Shown in pieces: positions 35,697-45,004 of a stretch of 64,000 nt of DNA. The notes under the pieces were generated by a model. It did no database searches. It worked only from the letters and a program-made list of their open reading frames with translations, and was not told the DNA's origin. The stretch's first letter is position 1. Each line of letters starts with the position of its first letter. The position numbers were made by a program, and so were the translations under genes. The stretch is from NCBI GenBank assembly GCA_965219685.1, contig CBDCOH010000002.1, forward strand, positions 3,557,064 to 3,621,063, in the 5' to 3' direction. The stretch is from Candidatus Spongiisociaceae bacterium (GTDB taxonomy: Bacteria; Actinomycetota; Acidimicrobiia; Spongiisociales; Spongiisociaceae).

Positions 35697-37100
35697 ATGC
35701 GACCGGTACTCACCTCCGAGCAGTCCCGCCGCCAGGACGCTCTCGCCGATGTGGACCCGCGGACGCTGCTGGACCGGGCCGGGCTGGCGGTGGCCCTGCA
35801 GGCGGCTGCACTCGGGGCCGGCTACGGATGCCGGGTGGCGGTGCTCGCCGGTCCCGGTAACAACGGCGGGGACGGATACGTGGCCGCCCGTCACCTCTAC
35901 GGGCGGGGAGCGGCCGTCGACATCTATCCGCTGACCGCGCCGAGGAGCGGTCCGGCACGATGGGCACACCGGCTGGCCTCTAGGGAAGGAGTGGCCGTCC
36001 GGGACTGGGACGACCCTCGACCGGCGGATCTGGTGATCGACGCCCTGTTCGGGGCTGGGTTCCGGGGAACGTTGCCCGACCTCTCCCCGTGGCGGGAGGC
36101 CCCGGCATGCATGGCCGTGGACGTCCCGTCGGGACTGGACGCCTCTACCGGCGAGGCCGTGGACGGCGCCCTGGTAGCCGACGCGACCGTGACCTTCCAC
36201 GGGTACCGGGTGGGCCACCTCGTGGGTCAGGGTCCGGACCTCTGCGGGGAGGTGGTGGTGGCGGACATCTGGCTGCCCGACGTGGAGCCCGAGATGTGGC
36301 TGTGCGAGGAGGCGGACGCCCCCCTCCCGGCGCGGAGCCGCACCGGCCACAAGTGGTCGGCCGGGTCGGTCCTGGTGATCGGCGGCTCCGACGGCCTGGA
36401 CGGGGCGGCCACCCTCACCGCCCGGGCGGCGCTGCGGGCCGGGGCGGGGGCGGTGATGATCGCCTGCCCGCCCACCGTCGAGGAGAAGGTGCGGGCGCCC
36501 GAGATCATGACCAGGGCGATCGGCGAGAGCCGCTCGTTCTCGGCCGCCGACCTTCCCCAGGTGCTGGCCCTGGCGGACCGTTTCGACCTGGTGATCATCG
36601 GGCCCGGCCTCGGATCGGCCGCCGACCTGGGAGGCTTCGTCAGCGGGTTCTTGGAGGGCTGCGGCGGTCCGGTGGTGGCCGACGCCGACGCCCTCAACGC
36701 CTTGGACGGGCCTCGGGACCTGGTCAGGGAAGGGGAGACCGTGATCACCCCCCACACCGGAGAGTTCTCCCGCCTGACCGGCCGGGCCGCCTCCTACCAG
36801 GAAGCCGCCTCGCTCTCGGCCTCCACGGGGGTGACCGTCCTGCTGAAGGGCGCTCCCACCTTCGTCATGGGAGCGGCGCGCTGGGTGGTGAACTCCGGAG
36901 GTCCCGAACTCTCGACCATCGGGACCGGGGACGTGCTGGCGGGGATGATCGGCGCCTTCTGGGCCTCGGGGCTGGACGGTCCGGCGGCGGCCCGGTCAGG
37001 GGCGTACTGGCACGGCCGGGCCGGGGCCGACCTGCAACAGACCCGCACGGTCACCGCGGACGTGCTCGCCGATCACATCGCCGAGACCACTCGCCGGTGA
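35697..37100 (+). CDS. nnr: Bifunctional NAD(P)H-hydrate repair enzyme (epimerase/dehydratase, YjeF family)
   Basis: It begins MRPVLTSEQSRRQD..VAVLAGPGNNGGDGYVAARHL. The C-terminal carbohydrate-kinase-like half reads HKWSAGSVLVIGGS..GAA..LLKGAPT..GTGDVLAGMIGA. Confidence 0.8.
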   Translation: MRPVLTSEQSRRQDALADVDPRTLLDRAGLAVALQAAALGAGYGCRVAVLAGPGNNGGDGYVAARHLYGRGAAVDIYPLTAPRSGPARWAHRLASREGVAVRDWDDPRPADLVIDALFGAGFRGTLPDLSPWREAPACMAVDVPSGLDASTGEAVDGALVADATVTFHGYRVGHLVGQGPDLCGEVVVADIWLPDVEPEMWLCEEADAPLPARSRTGHKWSAGSVLVIGGSDGLDGAATLTARAALRAGAGAVMIACPPTVEEKVRAPEIMTRAIGESRSFSAADLPQVLALADRFDLVIIGPGLGSAADLGGFVSGFLEGCGGPVVADADALNALDGPRDLVREGETVITPHTGEFSRLTGRAASYQEAASLSASTGVTVLLKGAPTFVMGAARWVVNSGGPELSTIGTGDVLAGMIGAFWASGLDGPAAARSGAYWHGRAGADLQQTRTVTADVLADHIAETTRR

Positions 37101-37191
37101 CCCGCCTGGCGCGAGTCCGACAAGCGCCGATTAACCATTCGTTCGCAACTAACTAGGTTGCGTATCGGTTGCACATGCGTACAATGCTTGC

Positions 37192-37953
37192 ATGACCTCG
37201 ATTGACCACCTTCTGGAAAGCGATCTCGACACAGCTTCTGCCATCGCCGCTGGCATCCTTCCCGATGTGGTCGTTTCGCTGGATCTCCTCATGCCCCTGT
37301 TGGCGGCCGGGGCGGACCGTGCCGCATTGCGCCGCTACTACCTAGCTGTCGATGCCGCGGCACAGACTCTGGCATCGCTGCCTGCCGGCAATACGAAGGC
37401 CCACGTTCCTCCCGCCGTGGTGTACCGGCTGCTGCGGAGAGACATTGCTGAGTTGGCGTGGGTCGCCCCGTCGGCTGACGGAACCGGTGTTCTTACCGCG
37501 TTGGTCGACCGGATCCGGGGGCTGGTCGGTGGCGTGCCCCGGCAGTGCGTCAAAGCGCGGCCCGACATCGACGAGCACCGCTTCGGATGGTTCCTCGAGT
37601 CAATAGTCGACCTGGAGTTCGAGCAACGGTGCGGTTCGCCGCTGCGGCGCGCTATGAGGACTCTGGAACTGTCGAGCACTGAGATGGCTGGCTTGATGGG
37701 GGTGACCCGCCAAGCGGTGGACAAGTGGTTAGCCGGCGCGCCACCGATCGAGCGGATGGCGAAAATCGGAGCGATAGCCGAGATCTCCGACATGCTGCGA
37801 CACCGGCTGCGCGACGGCATGCCCCCCGTGGTGGCGCGGCGTCCCGCAGAGGCATACGGAGGACGCTGCATGCTTGAGGTGATTGCTGACGACGACCACG
37901 AGTGGCTGCGCCGTTCCGTCAGGGACAGCTTCGACTTCGCAGCCGTCGCGTGA
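37192..37953 (+). CDS. Xre-type HTH plus MbcA/ParS-like (DUF2384) antitoxin with a ~150-aa N-terminal extension
   Basis: LELSSTEMAGLMGVTRQAVDKWLAG (HTH) is followed by ..RRPAEAYGGRCMLEVIADDDHEWLRRSVRDSFDF. The gene overlaps the downstream RES gene. Confidence 0.65.
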   Translation: MTSIDHLLESDLDTASAIAAGILPDVVVSLDLLMPLLAAGADRAALRRYYLAVDAAAQTLASLPAGNTKAHVPPAVVYRLLRRDIAELAWVAPSADGTGVLTALVDRIRGLVGGVPRQCVKARPDIDEHRFGWFLESIVDLEFEQRCGSPLRRAMRTLELSSTEMAGLMGVTRQAVDKWLAGAPPIERMAKIGAIAEISDMLRHRLRDGMPPVVARRPAEAYGGRCMLEVIADDDHEWLRRSVRDSFDFAAVA

Positions 37954-38465
37954 GAATGCTGACCGTACCGATCGGCGGCCTGTACTACCGGGTCGCTGAC
38001 CCGGACTGGGCCGACCCGCTCGACACGTCCTTCGCCGCGGCACCGCCAGGCCAGCGATGGAACCCCACCGGGCTGGCATGTCTGTACCTGAACCACGACA
38101 AGACAACAGCCCGAGCCAATGTCATGAAACGATTCGTAGGCCTCCCCTACGGCCCCGAGGACCTCAACCCCGCAACAGCCCCCCTGCTGCTCGGCGTCGA
38201 CGTTCCCGAAGGAGCCGCAGCCGACGCCTACACCGAAGCCGGCCTCTCCGCCATGGGACTACCCGGCACCTACCCCCACGACACAGCCGGTGACGTGATC
38301 CCACACCAGACATGCCAGCCAATCGGTCGGGCAGCGCACGACGCAGGACTGGACGGTACCGACTGCCGATCCGCCGCCGGCGACAGCTGCCGCGAGCTCG
38401 CATGGTTCCCCGGACCCAGAACAGCATCCGAGAAATCACGGCTGGCCTTCGACCACTGGTGGTGA
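37950..38465 (+). CDS. RES-domain toxin (start GTG 37950 or ATG 37956)
   Basis: YYRVADPDWADPLDTSFAAAPPGQRWNPTGLACLYLN..TARAN...DCRSAAGDSCRELAWFP matches the R..(E)..S family pattern. GTGA overlaps the antitoxin stop. Confidence 0.65.
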   Translation: MRMLTVPIGGLYYRVADPDWADPLDTSFAAAPPGQRWNPTGLACLYLNHDKTTARANVMKRFVGLPYGPEDLNPATAPLLLGVDVPEGAAADAYTEAGLSAMGLPGTYPHDTAGDVIPHQTCQPIGRAAHDAGLDGTDCRSAAGDSCRELAWFPGPRTASEKSRLAFDHWW

Positions 38466-38637
38466 TCAGGCACCATTCGACCCCACGGAGTTCGCGCTCG
38501 ACAAGACGAGTAGTTCCAAGGGATCTGGCTGGACGCGCCTGGACTCGACGATGTAAGCACAACGATCCAATCTAACGTTAATCACTAGTGCCAACTAACA
38601 ACTATAGACTAACGACTAGATACTAGTCATCCAGATG

Positions 38638-38931
38638 TCAGGCGATGCGGGTCATCCGGCTGATGACGATTCCCTCGATGTGGTCGGCAATGGCGGCCAG
38701 CCCGTCGGCGATGTGAGGTTCGTCCAGGTGGAGGTCGAGGTCGGCTTCGCTCCGCCACAGGGCGACGAAGTAGAAGAGGCCCGGGTCGTCGTCGACCACG
38801 TGCAACCGGTAGTCGAGGCATCCCTCCTCCTCACGGGTGGGAGCGACCATGGCGACGAGAGCCCTCCGGACCGTGTCCTCCGATCCGGCCACGGCCCGTA
38901 CACGGGCCACGGCTGTGAGGGTTTCTGCCAT
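38638..38931 (-). CDS. Antibiotic-biosynthesis-monooxygenase (ABM, YgiN-like) family protein
   Basis: MAETLTAVARVRAVAGSEDTVRRALVAMVAPTREEEGCLDYRLHVVDDDPGLFYFVALWRSEADLDLHL. It is a tandem paralog of 39010-39303. Confidence 0.75.
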   Translation of the reverse strand: MAETLTAVARVRAVAGSEDTVRRALVAMVAPTREEEGCLDYRLHVVDDDPGLFYFVALWRSEADLDLHLDEPHIADGLAAIADHIEGIVISRMTRIA

Positions 38932-39009
38932 GGAGGCCACTGTACCGGCTCCTTCCACCGCCAGGAGTGCGGTAAGGGGCCGGTCGGGGGGCCGTTCTAC
39001 GGATCCCCG

Positions 39010-39303
39010 TCAGGCGATGCGGGTCATCCGCTTGATGTCGATCTGCTCGATCTTGCCCTCCACGGCATCGATGGACTCCCGCACGTGGGCGGAGGCCAGG
39101 TGGATGTCCAGGTCCTCCCCGCTCCGCCACTGCTCGACGAAGTAGAAGAGCCCCGGGTCGTCGTCGACGGCGTGCAGGTTGTACTCGATGCAGCCCTCCT
39201 CCTCGCGAGTGGGGGGGACGATGGACAGGAGGGCCTCACGGACAGCGTCCTCCGAGCCGGACGCGGCCCGGACCCAGGCAACAACAGTCAGTACGTCGGT
39301 CAT
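39010..39303 (-). CDS. ABM (YgiN-like) family protein, tandem paralog
   Basis: MTDVLTVVAWVRAASGSEDAVREALLSIVPPTREEEGCIEYNLHAVDDDPGLFYFVEQWRSGEDLDIHL. Confidence 0.75.
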   Translation of the reverse strand: MTDVLTVVAWVRAASGSEDAVREALLSIVPPTREEEGCIEYNLHAVDDDPGLFYFVEQWRSGEDLDIHLASAHVRESIDAVEGKIEQIDIKRMTRIA

Positions 39304-39437
39304 GGACACGACTGTAGTAGCCGCAGCCGGTCAGTGTCCGCCCAGGGCAGGGCGTAGGCGGACCCGCGCTCTCCGTATCCCCGTGTTGGGTCGGCAGAGC
39401 CGCCTTGGTAGGTTGGTCCGGTCGGAGAGGGAGGTCG

Positions 39438-40424
39438 ATGGCACGGGCCAGGTACGGGCTCACGCTGTCCAACCGCAGCGTGCTGCTCGGGATGTCCACG
39501 GTGGGCGAGATGCTCGACCTGGCGGTGGAGGCCGACCGGGCCGGGGTATGGGATTCGGTGTGGGTGGGGGATTCGATCTTCGCCAAGCCCCGCCTTGACG
39601 CCATGGTGGCGCTCGGGGCGCTGGCGGCCTGCACGGAGCGGGTCGGCCTCGGGGTCGGGTGCATGGCGAGCATGCCGTTGCGCGACGCCCTGCTGCTCGC
39701 CTACCAGTGGCTCAGCTTCGACGCCCTGTCGGGCGGCCGGTCCATCTTCGTGGCGTGCCAGGGTCAGCGGGAGGCGGGGGGCGGGAAGTTCGCGGAGGAG
39801 TTCGCCGCATTCGGGGTCGACCCGGGGACCAGGAGCCGGCGGATGGAGGAGGCGATCGAGGTCATGCGCCTCGTCTCCGAGACCGAGAACGCTTCGTACG
39901 AGGGCCTCTACAACCGGTTCGAGGACGTGACGGTACTGCCCCGGCCTGTCCAGCAGCCGCTGCCGATCTGGGTGACCGCCAACCCGAACCCGGCGTTCCC
40001 GAAGCTGTCGGAGAGGGCCCTGCGGCGGGTGGCCCGGATGGGTGACGGCTGGATGACCACCGCCAACACGCCGCAGACCTTCGCCACCAACCTGGCGGCG
40101 ATCCGGACGTACGCGGACGAGGAGGGGCGTCCCCTCGACGAGCGCTTCGAGGCCTGCCTCTACTACAACATCCATGTGAGCGCCGACCGGGAGCGGGGGA
40201 TGGAGGAGGTGGCCTCCTACCTGAAGGACTACTACGGGGTGGACTACGACCGTGCCTTCCTGGACCGGTGGGTGGCCGTCGGCGACCCGCAGCGCTGCGC
40301 CGACCTGATCGGGGAGTTCGTCGACGCCGGGGCGACCACCGTCACCCTGCGGCTGGTGGGCCACGACGAGGCCGGCCAGTTCCGGCGGGTCACCGAAGAG
40401 GTGCTGCCCGCCCTGGTGGGATGA
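39438..40424 (+). CDS. LLM-class (luciferase-like) flavin/F420-dependent oxidoreductase
   Basis: RBS ggagagggagg precedes ATG 39438. The protein begins MARARYGLTLSNRS..LAVEADRAGVWDSVWVGDS... and ends ..GATTVTLRL. Confidence 0.75.
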   Translation: MARARYGLTLSNRSVLLGMSTVGEMLDLAVEADRAGVWDSVWVGDSIFAKPRLDAMVALGALAACTERVGLGVGCMASMPLRDALLLAYQWLSFDALSGGRSIFVACQGQREAGGGKFAEEFAAFGVDPGTRSRRMEEAIEVMRLVSETENASYEGLYNRFEDVTVLPRPVQQPLPIWVTANPNPAFPKLSERALRRVARMGDGWMTTANTPQTFATNLAAIRTYADEEGRPLDERFEACLYYNIHVSADRERGMEEVASYLKDYYGVDYDRAFLDRWVAVGDPQRCADLIGEFVDAGATTVTLRLVGHDEAGQFRRVTEEVLPALVG

Positions 40425-40431
40425 GCGCGCC

Positions 40432-41295
40432 GTGATCGAGAGGTTCGACCATGCGGTCATCGGCGTCCCCGACCTCGACGCCGGGATGGACGCCTTCCGC
40501 AGGCTGGGATTCGAGGTGGCGGTGGGGGGAAGGCACCCGTCGCTGGGAACGCGCAACGCCATAGTCCGGTTCGGTCTCGACTACCTGGAGTTGCTCACGG
40601 TCGAGTTTCCGGACACGGCCCGGGCGAGGGGCACATTCGGGACCGACTTGATGTCCTTCCTGGCGGACCATTCCGGCCTGGTGGGCTACGTGCTGGCCGG
40701 GACCGGCCTCGAAGACGAGGTGGACGCCTTGCAGGACTTCGGTCTCGCCGTCGAGGGGCCGTTCGAGATGGACCGGGTCCACCCGAAGGGCGGCCGGCTG
40801 GAGTGGAAGCTGGTGCTCCCAGGGGGATCCCCCTGGCGCAAGCCGTGGCCCTACCTGATCGACTGGATCACCGACGAGGACGAGTTGCTGGCCTGGGACC
40901 CTCCCGGCGACCACGCCAACCGGGTGAGCGGCGTGGCCGGGATCGACCTGGTGGTCGAGAACCTGGAGGAGGCCGGCGGCCTCTATGAACGGGCGCTCGG
41001 ACTCCGGGCTGCGGACGGCGGGCAACAGTCGCCTGGAGCATCGAGCCGCGACTACCGGCTGGGCTCGTTCCGGCTCGCACTCCACCGGCCCGATGGGGCG
41101 GGACCCGTCGCCGGCGAACTGGATCGGAGGGGACCGGGCCCCTACCGCCTGGTGCTGGCCTCCGCCGACCTCGGTGCCACCGGGGCGGTCCTATCCCGCA
41201 ACGGCGTCCGCTACGACGAGTCGGCCTCCGGCATCAACATCGATCCGGCAGATGCGGCCGGTACCCGCCTGAGAGTGGTGAGTGGTGAGTGGTGA
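40432..41295 (+). CDS. VOC/glyoxalase-like domain protein
   Basis: IERFDHAVIGVPDLDAGMDAFRRLGFEVAVGGRHPSLGTRNAIVRFGLDYLELL. The C-terminal ..RVVSGEW* is supplied by the GGTGAGT array. Confidence 0.65.
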   Translation: MIERFDHAVIGVPDLDAGMDAFRRLGFEVAVGGRHPSLGTRNAIVRFGLDYLELLTVEFPDTARARGTFGTDLMSFLADHSGLVGYVLAGTGLEDEVDALQDFGLAVEGPFEMDRVHPKGGRLEWKLVLPGGSPWRKPWPYLIDWITDEDELLAWDPPGDHANRVSGVAGIDLVVENLEEAGGLYERALGLRAADGGQQSPGASSRDYRLGSFRLALHRPDGAGPVAGELDRRGPGPYRLVLASADLGATGAVLSRNGVRYDESASGINIDPADAAGTRLRVVSGEW

Positions 41296-41336
41296 GTCGA
41301 TCCACTATTCACTATTCACTATTCACCATTCACCAA
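41277..41336. repeat. Two opposed heptamer arrays: (GGTGAGT)3, 6-nt spacer, (ACTATTC)3ACCATTCACC
   Basis: ggtgagtggtgagtggtgagt cgatcc actattcactattcactattcaccattcacc. Each half closes one of the convergent genes, 40432-41295 (+) and 41319-42647 (-). Confidence 0.9.
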
Positions 41337-42647
41337 CTGCCCGCCCTTGTACACGGCGGAGATCCGCTGCGTGTTGTTGATGTCGTCCAGAGGGTCGCCG
41401 TCGAGCACCACCAGGTCGGCCAGCTTACGCTTCTCGACGCTGCCCAGCTCGTCGGCCTGCCCGAGCAACTGGGCGGCCCGGCTGGTGCCCGCGACGATCG
41501 CCTCCATCGGCGTGAAACCGCACCCGTCGACCAGCAGCCGCAGCTCCTCGTGCATGCTGTGGCCGGGGACCACGAACGGGTTGGTCAGGTCGGTTCCCGC
41601 CGTGACGTTGACGCCGCCCCGCTGGGCACGCCCGATGAACGCCATCTGGTTGCGCAGCTCCGTCGGGGCCGCCTCCCAGTCGGAGTCGCTGTAGTCGAAC
41701 GGGTAGGCGTACTGGCTCCACTGCTCGGCTACCGCCGCGGGCATCTCGTCGAGTCCGGCCGGGCAGGTCGCCGCTTCGGTGTTGCCGGCCAGGATGCTCT
41801 GCGAGAGGGTGAGGGTGGGCGTGATGAACGTGCCCCGCTCGGCCATCAGGGCGATCAGCCCGTCGGCGAGGTCCGACTCCGGATCGATGTAGCGCCACGC
41901 CTGGAAGCCGACCAGGGGATCCAGGATCCGGCCGGTCAGGGAGGCCAGTTCGTCCGCCAGGTCGTCGGGGACCAGCTCGCGGCCTATCCGCACGTGCTCG
42001 AGGGCGTCCACGCCGACGTTTACCGCCTCCTCGACGGTGACCATGTGCCCGACGTGGGCGGCGACCCGCACGCCTCGCCGGTGGGCTTCCGACACCACCG
42101 CCCGGAGCACCGGGAGCCGGGCCCACACGTATACCTTGATGAAGTCCATCCCGGCCTCGACCAGCCGCGCCGTCTCCTCGCGTGCGGAGGCCTCGTCGTC
42201 GATGATGGCCAGCCACCGCCACGGGGCGGGAGGATCGGCCGGTCCGTCCAGGATCGTTCCGGCGCCGAAGAAGCGGGGCCAGTCGTCCCGGCCCTCCTTG
42301 AAGGTACGGAAAATCTCGTCGGGATTGAAGTTGCCGGTGTCCCTGACGGTGGTCACGCCGTGGCCCAGCAGGGTGGTCATGAACAGGTCGGCCAGCGAGG
42401 TCGGGTCCTCCACCTGCAGGAAGGAGTTGTCCGCCAGCACGCCCACGTGGACGTGGCAGTCGATCAGGCCCGGGATCACGGTCGACCCGGAGATGTCCAC
42501 CACCTCGGCGCCTTCGGGTATCTCCATGTCGCCCCGGCGGAAGACCGAATCGATCCGCTCGCCGTCGACGAGAACCACCGCGTCGTTGATCGGGTCCCTT
42601 CCGGTACCGTCGATCACCCTTGCTCCAACCAGGGCAGTAACAGCCAT
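41319..42647 (-). CDS. Metal-dependent amidohydrolase family protein
   Basis: RBS ggagcggaggag precedes ATG 42645-47. The protein begins MAVTALVGARVIDGTGRDPINDAVVLVDGERID..VIPGLIDCHVHVG.. and ends ..VYKGGQLVNGE* in the heptamer array. Confidence 0.8.
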   Translation of the reverse strand: MAVTALVGARVIDGTGRDPINDAVVLVDGERIDSVFRRGDMEIPEGAEVVDISGSTVIPGLIDCHVHVGVLADNSFLQVEDPTSLADLFMTTLLGHGVTTVRDTGNFNPDEIFRTFKEGRDDWPRFFGAGTILDGPADPPAPWRWLAIIDDEASAREETARLVEAGMDFIKVYVWARLPVLRAVVSEAHRRGVRVAAHVGHMVTVEEAVNVGVDALEHVRIGRELVPDDLADELASLTGRILDPLVGFQAWRYIDPESDLADGLIALMAERGTFITPTLTLSQSILAGNTEAATCPAGLDEMPAAVAEQWSQYAYPFDYSDSDWEAAPTELRNQMAFIGRAQRGGVNVTAGTDLTNPFVVPGHSMHEELRLLVDGCGFTPMEAIVAGTSRAAQLLGQADELGSVEKRKLADLVVLDGDPLDDINNTQRISAVYKGGQLVNGE

Positions 42648-42956
42648 CTCCTCCGCTCCTTCTCCGTGTGCGGTTGCGCGATCCAATCTAGTGAGGGAAC
42701 CGCCCGGTGGCCCTCCGATGGCGTGCCGTGGTAGCCCGCCGAGGGGTCCGCACCCGCAGCTTGCACGAGGGTTCCGGCTGGTTGGAAGCACCGATCCCCG
42801 GAGCCCTGGCAGCGCGTTCGCAACGGAGTTCTGTATTCGCCCGAACTCCGTTGGCTGTGAGGGATGACGCAAGTTGCATCGCCGATAGGGAGACATCGGC
42901 AATAGCCCACTGTCAGATGTTGCCGAGGTCCGGTACAGTAGCTTCATAACATCGCC

Positions 42957-43268
42957 GTGGATGGGAGGTTCTCCCATTCACGAATGAAATCGCCGGTGGC
43001 ACACCAAGTGCTACCGCAATTCGTCGCCGGGGGCCCGCATCGCGGGCTCCCGCATTTTGTTGCCCACGGATGGCAAGGCAGCATGGACGTCGCCTTGGTG
43101 TTATCGAGCGATGCCGACCTGGTGCCGGCAGTCCGGGCGTTGCGCGACCACGGACTTCGCACGGTAAACGCATCATGGCGTGGTCACGGCCACGAGTTGG
43201 CCAAGGCATGCTGGGGATCATTTGACCTCGACGACATCGCAGGGAAGGTCATCCGCCCCGGTTCGTAA
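42957..43268 (+). pseudogene. Possible NYN/LabA-like domain C-terminal fragment
   Basis: DVALVLSSDADLVPAVRALRDHGLRTVNASW...ELAKAC resembles the end of NYN/LabA domains. The N-terminal part is absent. Confidence 0.3.
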
Positions 43269-43449
43269 CTAGCCGAGCCTTGATCAGAAGGACCGGGGAG
43301 GTGCCTGTCGCACCGCGTCCCGGCGACGGAACGGCGGCGGGTGCGGGAGGGAGACCCTATCGGGCACCGGCGAATGACGGTCGTCCGGCGACCTGGCACT
43401 GGGGGACCGTTGCCGGATTGGCGCAGGCGCCGCTAGCTTCGCCGGAGGG

Positions 43450-44532
43450 ATGCATGAACGTGACGTAGCGCCGGAGCCGACTCGGAGCGGTAGCCGGTGG
43501 CGCCCCCGTGACCGGGCGGCAGCTGCTACGGGCTCGGCCTGGGTGGCGGTCCTGGCCATGTCGGTCGTGCCGGTGTGGGTGCATCTGACGGTCGCCGGCC
43601 GCGGCGGGAACCCGTTCTGGTGGGTCGCGGCCATGAACGTGGGGCAGGGCTGCGTCCTCGTGCCATTCCTGGTTGCCACCCGGCGGGCGGCCGGGCTGAG
43701 GGGGGCGAGGGGCCTGTCAGCCGCCGAGGTGATGGGTGCATCGCCAGGGGCGGGCGGTCGGGTCTGGACGTACGTCACGGCGGTCGGTTTCTGGATGGTG
43801 CCTGCCCGGATGAGCTTCGCGTTTATGGTGTGGGCGACCGAGTGGGTGGGGACGGCCGCGGCTGCCGTCGTCGGCCAGTACCTGGTTCCCCTGGCCGTTG
43901 CGGCGCTCCTGGCGGCATCGGGTCGGTCCGTTCTACCCCGCCACTGGCCGCTGATGGGATCCGTCGCAGTGGTGGGGGTGTGGCTCGTGGCTGCGGGGGA
44001 GTCCGGCGGTGTTGCCCCTCTGCTCGCGTACCGGACGGGATGGCCGGTGCTGATCGGTCTCTCCCTGGCGATGGTGTCCACACTCGGTGCGGCGGCTTCG
44101 GTGGCACTCAACCTGGTTTACGGCGACCGGCTGTCGGTGGCGGCGGCCGGACGCGGTGGGGGCGATCCTCCGGCCGCCGGCGTGTGGTGGGCGATGGCGG
44201 CGATGGCGGGATCGTGCTTCGCCGTGGCCCCGCTGAACCTCGCGGTCGGGTGGTGGCTGTTCGGCCCGGCGCCGCTCAGCGACATGTGGTCCGGGCTGGT
44301 GTTCGGCGCCACGGCGGTGGCTGTAGGGGGTACCGCCCTGCGGTTGGCCAACGCGCTGAGCCGCTCGGCGGCTGTCAACGCCCCGATGCTCCTGGCGATG
44401 CCCCTCGCGGTGCTATGGCTCCTCCTCGCCGGGGCCGCTCCACCGAGGCTCGACCTCTACCTGGCGGGAGTAGCCCTCCTGCTGCTGGTCGTCTGGCACA
44501 CGTCGGGCAAGACCCACAGACGAGGCGGGTAG
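43450..44532 (+). CDS. Polytopic membrane protein, family unassigned (start uncertain)
   Basis: About 9-10 hydrophobic helices, for example VAVLAMSVVPVWVHLTV and LLAMPLAVLWLLLAGAAP. Confidence 0.4.
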   Translation: MHERDVAPEPTRSGSRWRPRDRAAAATGSAWVAVLAMSVVPVWVHLTVAGRGGNPFWWVAAMNVGQGCVLVPFLVATRRAAGLRGARGLSAAEVMGASPGAGGRVWTYVTAVGFWMVPARMSFAFMVWATEWVGTAAAAVVGQYLVPLAVAALLAASGRSVLPRHWPLMGSVAVVGVWLVAAGESGGVAPLLAYRTGWPVLIGLSLAMVSTLGAAASVALNLVYGDRLSVAAAGRGGGDPPAAGVWWAMAAMAGSCFAVAPLNLAVGWWLFGPAPLSDMWSGLVFGATAVAVGGTALRLANALSRSAAVNAPMLLAMPLAVLWLLLAGAAPPRLDLYLAGVALLLLVVWHTSGKTHRRGG

Positions 44533-44543
44533 ACGGTCCTGTC

Positions 44544-44687
44544 ATGTGTTGGGGACGGAACCAACACGGCCAACTGGACGCACCGTCGCGTTCGTTCACG
44601 GCGGTTGCCGCTGGTGCTGGCCATTCGTGTGGGCTGCGGGCCGATGGTTCGATCGTTTGCCGGGGTGGCCGCCTACCTAGACCCTGA
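44544..44687 (+). pseudogene. RCC1-repeat remnant
   Basis: MCWGRNQHGQLDAPSRSFTAVAAGAGHSCGLRADGSIVCRGG spans about one RCC1 blade. There is no gene context. Confidence 0.35.
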
Positions 44688-45004
44688 CGCTGGGCGAACC
44701 GCCGACTTGTATGCGGGGTGCCGCTCGCTGTGGTCGTGAAGGTCGTAGCGTCTGGTAGGTCATCGGCTGGGTTGGCTCGTGAACCGTCTGCCACTTCCTT
44801 GGGCTGGCTCTCCTGAGGTTGACCGGCTGTGGTGGGACGCCTCAGGTGATTCCCCGGTTTTCGGGAGTGGACCGCCCCGGGTTCACCCGCCAACCCATGA
44901 CGAACAGGGCACCACCCAGTATGAGTGAATCAGGGCTAGCACCCAACCGCTGGCACCCGCCCGGTACTATCGGCCTCCGTCGTAGAAGAGACACGGGGGC
45001 GGGC

